Both the position numbers and the translations under genes were made by a program. From the NCBI GenBank assembly GCA_965603825.1, contig CBFDEM010000050.1:310001-374000 (forward strand): 64,000 nt of DNA, in the 5' to 3' direction. Position 1 is the first letter of the stretch; every line of letters begins with the position of its first letter. The notes beneath the pieces were generated by a model. The model was given only the letters and a program-made list of their open reading frames with translations. It did not search any database and was not told where the DNA came from. Source of the DNA: Blepharisma stoltei ATCC 30299. Taxonomy: Eukaryota; Protista; Ciliophora. Of this stretch, positions 56,520-64,000 are shown in pieces.

Positions 56520-59500
56520 TTAAATATTAATGTCTAAATCATCAAACTTGTTATTGTGGACAATCGCATATATGATCTTCTCTTTCATGACTTCTAGAGA
56601 TGTATAAGCTGGCAGCTCAAGTCTGAATATAGTATTGTCGACAATAGGAACCAATGTATTCACTGCTCCGGATTTACTGTGCTTGGCTATTGTAAACTTA
56701 AGAGGCCAATCCCACTCATTAATCTTAGACCTTCGAGCAATATAATCAATAAATCTGGCACGCTCACTTTCTTTTAATGATTTAATTGCTCCCCAGAAGT
56801 TTTCAATGTGCGGGTCTGTTCTTCTGCAGTTCTCATAAACGGTGTTTTCTTCTAAGACTTCTAAATAAACTTCTTGATTCAGGCATATGAGTTCACGTAG
56901 TTGAGCAGCTGTGAATAGGTTCAATTTATCAATAGGAATAACAGCAGCCATACCTTTCCTTATAGAATCATAAGCTTTAGGATTTTCAAATAATTTGTGC
57001 TTCTCTAATAGATCAGCATAGTGGCCAACATTTTCAAAAGTAACGTCAATATTGGCTCCGTCTTCACAAAGTTCCACAACTTCTTCTCCTTATTTTACTA
57101 TAAACTTCTCAGAAATGTGCTGGCCGAAGTTTTCCGAAGTAATTCCACAGGCTTCAAGGTTCCTTAATTTATGCAAAAACTTGTAGAGTGGGAAATCAAA
57201 GTCTCTTAAATCTTCAGTTGTGACGTCTTCGTATAGAAGATGCTTAAATACAATAATAGGGAGCGAAAGTCTCAGCCTTTGCTTGGTACGGATTGCAGAA
57301 CCGAAGAATTTTCCAAGAGTATTGAATAGGTGCATATGAGCTGGGAGAGTGGAGGTTGGATTGATAATTCAATTATCTCTTCCATTGCCTACGTTAAGGA
57401 CGTTATTTTGAGATGGGATCAAAAGCGGAAGTATTGGAGATTGAAGCTCTTTAGAAAGTTCTATCAATAATTCATTATACTTACCTGCATCATCTTGGAT
57501 TCCTTCTGGCTTGTATGCAAATTTGAACATTCTTGCAGGATGTCTAAGAGTTTTATTTGCTGATGCTCCCAAGGCTCTGCTTATTTGACTAAATATTGAA
57601 GCAGTTGCAGAATGATCAGCATCGCCTTTAGCTTTTATTTCTTGTGCTTTAGCTTTATCGATAGTAATTACAACTTTACAGTCAGTTTTAGACTCATCAA
57701 GATGACTTTCCAGTTTTTCCCTCTTGAATCTTGACAATAAATAATACTTAGCCTTCTTAATAAACTTCATGAGAGAGTTTTCTGTCTCATCTGCTTCAGT
57801 GTGCAAATCGAACAGATAAAAGTAATTTTGGAATCTTGAGCAGAAGCTAAACAAAATTTCTTTCAAATTAAACAGTTTTGCTTTTGATAATTTTTGTAAG
57901 TCTGGATAATAGCTTAACTCTTCTGTAGAAATGCTTAATGAAGTGTTGTTCAGCATACTATCGAAGCTAATTGAATTGACATCCAGGTAGCCATCCATAA
58001 ATTCAATAAACTGCTGTGCTATTCCATCTTTGAAAAATTTTGAATAAGTAGGCTTGTAGTTTTCTCTCCAATTTCCTCTTTCGCTAGCTGATGCAAAGCT
58101 CAAATAAGAATCAATAAGTTTTGTGTTTCTTCCTTTGAAATTAGGTGTTAAAGTGAACTTATAGCCCCAAAATTTATTTTCTTGTTCAAAGTCAATTCTC
58201 ATAAGATCAACACCAGCAGGGTATTTTCCTGTATTACAGATTGATAAGTTTTGGTTTTCTTCTGATAAGACACCAATAAATTTGAAGCAGTCTTCAGAGT
58301 CTTCGATATTAAGAGCCACTTGGACAGTGTCTAACAATTTTTCATTCTTATAAAAGGCAATTTGGTTTTTATCAAAATCGATATAACTCCCAATAACGTC
58401 GTTTTGGTCATAGCTCTCGCTGTCAGCGTTATTAATTTTTCCATTATTATAATAAATTATAGTTTGCTCATTTTCTTCAATAGTATTCGCATTGATCAAG
58501 CTCTTCTTAGTAAAGCCAACGCCTACAGATCCTTTGGATTCAACAGAGACTTCGATGTAGTATTTGCCGTGTCTCATTTCAGCTTCAGTTCCATGGTAAG
58601 TTTTATCACTTGTTGACTTTGTGACAGTCATTTTATCCGCGTTGAGTGCAGCTCCATTCTGATTGCTTTCCCATGCGTGCTTAATATTACCAGTTTTATG
58701 AACTGGGAACCAAAAATAGACTGAGTCTCCGATAATATCCAAACTTCTTTCAGAAAGAGGTTTGGACCCAGCGACTCTTTCAACACTGAGCACAGTAATG
58801 ACTTGATTCAAAGCGCCAAAGCAGACCACTGGGGTGACTGAAGAAGCAATCCCTGTGAATTTGAAAACTTCGATAGTTCCATTAAAGAAAGTCAGCTCTC
58901 TTAAGTTCATATCAATAAACATTGTGACTTCATCTCCCTCCTTAAATCCTTCGAACCCATCTTTGGACCATCCATTCTTGTGAAATTCTCCAGTTCTTTT
59001 CCAACTCCATACATCATGATGACAGTCGCATCCTATGTACTCATCTAGGTCATAATCATAGACATCCTTTTCAGTCCTATAAACTCCAATGTACCAATGT
59101 TCAGAGCCTCCATCAGATGTTATCTTGAATCTGATACTAACTGTGCCGTCCGAGTAGTCTTCAGACCAAATTGCGTTGCTCCATCCAGTTCTTTTGAGTC
59201 TGGTAACTTGCGCACTTCCTTCTGAAAAAGTGACTTTCCTTCCACAAGGTTCTTTTCTCCATCTCGTGGTTGATGCTTCAATTTTATTTTCTTTGACTAA
59301 TTTCTTACCATATTCATCATAGCTGAAAATAACTGTGTCTCTTCGATCAAGACTTGAATTTGAATCGAAGACGATGTTAATAAAAGAAGCACCAGGAATT
59401 TGCATGAATTTTTTTGTGGTTTGTCTAGCATAAGGATGTTTGGACTCATAAGTGCTTCCGAGGTTGCAAGTAAGATTCTTCTTAAATGATTCGAATAAGA

Positions 59501-62500
59501 AAGTTTCTAACAAATCATCTTTTTCGCTTAGACCTTTAATATCAGAAACAAGTTCACAAAATTCCATAAATCAAGGCTCCTCTCCAGTAAGTTTGAATTT
59601 ATGTGAAGCATCTTCTAGTAACATTGCAGTAGCTTGCATCAAACTATTTTCTACTTTTTTAGAGCTCACAGCATTATGAAGCTCATTTGCTTGAGCAACC
59701 AAGATGCTAAGAATATTTTTGAACAATGGGCCTTTCTGATCTCTTATGATCTTATTCAAAATTCTTACAGAGTCAAGCTTCAATTCCAATGTGCTTGCTG
59801 ATAGAGAATGCAAGAAAATAGGCTGGACACATCTAGGGTGCGTTATTTCCATTAATTCTTTAGGCATTGGACTCATGCTTGAAATCTTATTTAGCACCCA
59901 CATTGCAGGCCAAGGATTTCATGTAATTGCAGAAGGTGGGTTTTCAGGGATCACATAAAACTTATATCCCCAATAGTTAGCTGATTCACTATTAGGGCGG
60001 AAAAATAAACAAACAACTTCTCCTTCTACTTCAAATGGAGCCCAGTTTGTTTCTCCTCCTCTTCCTGAAATGATTTTGATCGTATCATATTTGCCTGGAG
60101 TCTTATAGAATGTTAAACGGTCTTGATTAGGACAAGTCTCACATTGTGGATCAAACACAATACTGAGACTTTTAGCTCCAGGAATTCTGATTTCTTGATC
60201 TATATCCATGAAATTTTTATATGGGTGGCTTGGGCTTTCAACTGTTAATGGAGTCAATGATTCTTCTTGCTTTTCTCTATAGATCAGGCATCTAAGCATA
60301 CTTTCTAGGCAGTCCTTGAAAAGTTTGCCCTTGAATTTCGGATTGTCTTGGGACAGTAAATTATCAATCTTTTTAGAAATTTTATTTACAGAGCTTCCTA
60401 AGAAATCGAATAATTTAATGATGCTAAATTCTTCAGTTATTGTTGCAATAGAGGCTGGGCATTTTTTTATGAGCATTAGAGCAAGTTTTTTGTATGAGGC
60501 TTGCTTTGAGGAATCCATAAGCTCATAAAAGTGGCTGAAGAGCTCTTGAATAGAGAGAGCTTCGAAAAAGTCTTCTTTAACTTTTCTTTCAGTATTTTCT
60601 GCAGTTTCTAATAATCCGCATAGTGGCTTTCCAGATGAAATCATCTTCTTGAATGGTGTAAGCGCACAATTCAAAGCAGTATCACTTATCTTTACAGCTA
60701 AAAATAAGACTGATTTCTTCCCTAAGTTATGGCCAAGATTTATCGCATTGCCTTTGTCATCTTTAATTATATTATACCCAAATGGCACTTTTACGTTGTA
60801 CATTGAAGAAGATTTGATGAAAATGACATCTTTTATGCAGGATTTTTCTATATTTCCTTGCCTTGCCCAGATGTGAGTCAAAGAGTCACTGGCATAGTCT
60901 TCAGGGTCAAAGTTCCCTAAATCTTTATGGCCTTTAGCTTCTGTGCCTAGAGCAATGCTTGAACACCCATTTCCAGTCGTGAACTGCTCAGTTTTAGCGC
61001 ATAAAATCATTCTCCTTGGAATATTGAACTCTTTTTGTTTGCCATCTTCATAGATCGGAACTGCTCTAAATCCATAAGGAACTTCACGAATTGTTTTAAC
61101 TAGTTTTAACTCAGTTATGACTTCTTGATTTAGAGAGATAAGGATATTATGGAAAGCGTTCGGGAAATTCTGAGAAATGTAGTCTAAGCTAGACCTTAAG
61201 TCTCTATCTGATGATAGCGCTTGAGTTATTTGGTCTTCAGTCAAGCCTAAAAGTTTTAGTCTTAGTCTATCATAGTTTTCAGATGTTTGAATGACTTTAA
61301 TTGTCTTATAAGTCTCAGTATCTTTGAATTTATTAACTTTAGTTGGTGCAGTTTTGCTGTTTTTACCGTCATATACTTCAAAAGTTAACAATGAAGCTCT
61401 TGTGCCAGCTTCCATATAAAGTCCGTAAGCTCCCATTTGAAGACCGTTAAATGCAGTTGTATCCTGTAGATCAATGCTTTCTTTGGTGTTTTCATTAATT
61501 ATTCTAATTTCTCCATTTGGATTTAAATAAATCCTAACAGCTAATACTTCATCAAGTTTGGTAGGACAGACAACAGTACCATTGACTTCAAAGCTTGGCG
61601 ATCCAGAGTTTGTGCTAATTCCTATATCCACTCCTCCAAGTTTGAGACCATATGACAACTGATTTTGATAGTGAACGCCTTCTAACTGCGCTAGAATAGT
61701 CAAAGATTCTATAAACTTTGTAGTATTTCTGAATGCAGATGAATCAGGAATTGTGGTTATTTCTTTTCCTTCTGTTGGGAAATTGTTATTTTCTATCACG
61801 AATTGACCGTTTGAATTTTGGTAAATATCTGCGTATCCAACGATATCAGATGCTTCAAGATTTAAAGATTCAATTGGCTGAAGCTTGAATAATAAGCTTG
61901 ATTTTGGCTTTTCTATTTTTCCAGCAAATTCTAAAATTTCATTTTTATCCTTGATTCCTTTGTCAAGGCATTTAGCAATGATCATTGTCTTAATATTTTC
62001 TTTTGTCAGCTCTTCAATTAGGTGTTTAGTTTTATCGCTAGCATTCGTAAAAACTTCTATTATTTCTTCATCTGTAACGTCCTCATAAATGCATTTTTCT
62101 GCGATAGTCTTTATAATTTTTTTAATAAGCAACTTCTTTTCTTTATTTCCTAAGACCTTAGTTTCAGCTTTAGCATGCTTCATGATAGATCTCAACAAGT
62201 CTGCCCCTTCATTGTCGCTAATATCTTTATTTTTTAAGATAAGTGTATTTGTATTAACAATCACATTTTCTAAGTGAGTATAAAGGGTCCTGAATGAAGC
62301 AATTCTCTCAGATTTAATATTGAAGTTCAAAAATTCTCAGTCAATTAAAGCAAACCACAATTTGATGGCTGAGTCTTTAATGCTCTGCAGTTCATCTTGG
62401 CTAAGTATTTTCATGGCATTAAAGTTGCTAATCGTCCTTAAATAAGCAATTGACTCTACATTAACTGACACTGTCTCATCAGTAATAGGAGAATAAATCG

Positions 62501-64000
62501 CTACTGTGTCCCCATCAATTGCTCTTATGATGCATCTTGTCATCTTAGAGTTAATTAGTTTTGCTTCAGCCAGCTCAATTGGATCGTTTCCGAAAATATC
62601 AACCTGCTTCGATAAAATTGCTAAAGCTTCGATTGCTCCAACTTGATACATAGGAAGTGCTTTTCCGTCTTTTAAGTTTTGGCAAGCATCGTTTAAGGAT
62701 TCCATAATTGTGGTGAGCACCTCGTCTCTTCATTTTTCTACGTATATAAGTTCTTTCAAAAGCACAATTGCTTCATAGCCACATCTGAAAAGTTTGCTTT
62801 TTGTATCTCTGAAGCCATACCAGTAAGTCATTTTCCCAATTCTTATAAGCAAAAATTGGATAAAGTCGGTACTTGTGCTTTTAAAGTGAGGAAGCGCAGC
62901 CCAGATTGCACCTAGTGTTTGAGGTGAGTGCTGGGATGGAAGAATTGCTTTGAGAATGCGAGAGCTAAGGGCAAAGTTGCTTTCTGCGCTGCTCAGGTAA
63001 GTAATTTTAAGGAGCTCTGCAAGATATTCTTCACGAGCTAAGAGGCTCACTATTGTACTCGATCCGAAGCACCCATAAATTGTCCACAATAGAGAAGTCA
63101 TATATTCACTTGCAGATTTTCTTTCTTTATATACTTCTAAACAGCTATTAGGAAGATCATCATACTTGAGAAGAGCCCACTTTAGCTCATGATAATAATC
63201 GAAAAACTTGTTCTGGTCTTTAGCTATTGCATGCATTGCTACATACAAATCTAAATTGCCTTCTTCGTTTTTGAATTCTGATGGGCAATTTTCTTGAACT
63301 TTGTCACCCTGCACAATGCCTTTAATTTCTGCTAACTCGAAAAGATCAAAAAATTGTTGGAAAGATTTTCCTTGATGTTTTGGATTGAACCTTGAAACAA
63401 TATTTTTATATATGGTATCAATATTGCAAAAATCATAAGATATAGCTGCTTGCTCAAAATCTTCTGGTATTTCAGTCCAGATCTTGGAGTGGTCAATATA
63501 ATACTGATCTTCTTTAGAAAGTGTATCTTTCATAGCATGGACTGCGTTGATATATTTAAAGAAATCGAAATTTCCTTTAGAATTTTTGTAAGCATCTTGG
63601 CTTGAAAGGAGTTCTGAGCACTCAGGATCAAGTTTCGAAATTTCAGCAGGAGTTAAAACCCCTTTCATTGCAGGGTCAGCTTTGGCAACTAAATCGTTAA
63701 TCGTTTCCTTCAGCAAGGATTCTCCTAGATTTTTAGTCTCTTTATTAAACTGCCTCATCCACTCTTGCATTGGATTCTTTTTAAAAGCTTTGACAGTGTT
63801 CATTTTATTTACCCACAACTCCCCTGAAACTACTTCATTGAGTTTTAGACCTGAGTAGCCCACCTCCAATAGCGATTGATCTCACTTTAATTCATTAAAA
63901 ATTGAATTCAAAAATAAATCTTGGACAGTCTGTTTGACAACTGGATTGCTTTGGCTTACATCTCCAACTGCACTAAAGACTAAAAGCTTATAAGCAGCCC
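56520..64000 (-). pseudogene. HECT-fold giant gene copy 4 (5' part beyond window); premature TAA inside the HECT domain
   Basis: Colinear with copy 1 in a single frame. TGA at 63882, 62730, 62337, 59919, 59571 and 57369; TAT>TAA at 57090-57092 would remove ~190 C-terminal residues. Confidence 0.75.

Noticed and set aside
297-62277. Numerous short antisense or alternative-frame ORFs in the track, including those recurring in each paralog
   Set aside because: They are shadows of the long coding frames; recurrence simply reflects the gene duplication.
39830-64000. Diversity-generating retroelement (RT next to variable ligand-binding domains)
   Set aside because: The RT is APE-linked non-LTR type and decayed; no template/variable repeat pair or adenine-specific mutation pattern is evident.

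Overview
AT-rich, very gene-dense eukaryotic DNA, almost certainly from a heterotrich ciliate (Blepharisma-like). The supplied ORF track is fragmented because UGA is read as Trp; genes end in TAA/TAG, and one gene has a 15-nt GT-AG intron. Re-read with UGA=Trp, 1-23 kb holds a partial gene, a coiled-coil protein, a NEK kinase, an unknown ORF, casein kinase 1, a 3331-aa TRRAP/Tra1-like PIKK, tRNA-Thr(CGT), a CRAL-TRIO protein, an SLC45/sucrose-transporter-like MFS protein and a multi-TM PAS protein. From 23 kb to the end is a head-to-tail array of four paralogs of a giant (4062-aa) predicted-myristoylated SPRY/CUB-like/MABP-like/UBA-like/HECT-fold gene. One copy is intact, one is 5'-truncated and two carry premature stops; decayed non-LTR (APE+RT) retrotransposons lie in the spacers. 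The strongest novelty candidate is this array: every HECT domain lacks the catalytic Cys, divergence between copies clusters in predicted ligand-binding loops of the CUB-like/SPRY domains, and one CUB-like fold appears to carry two inserted SPRY domains. The intact copy also uses no UGA among ~49 Trp codons. Domain calls are by-eye motif recognition, not HMM results.
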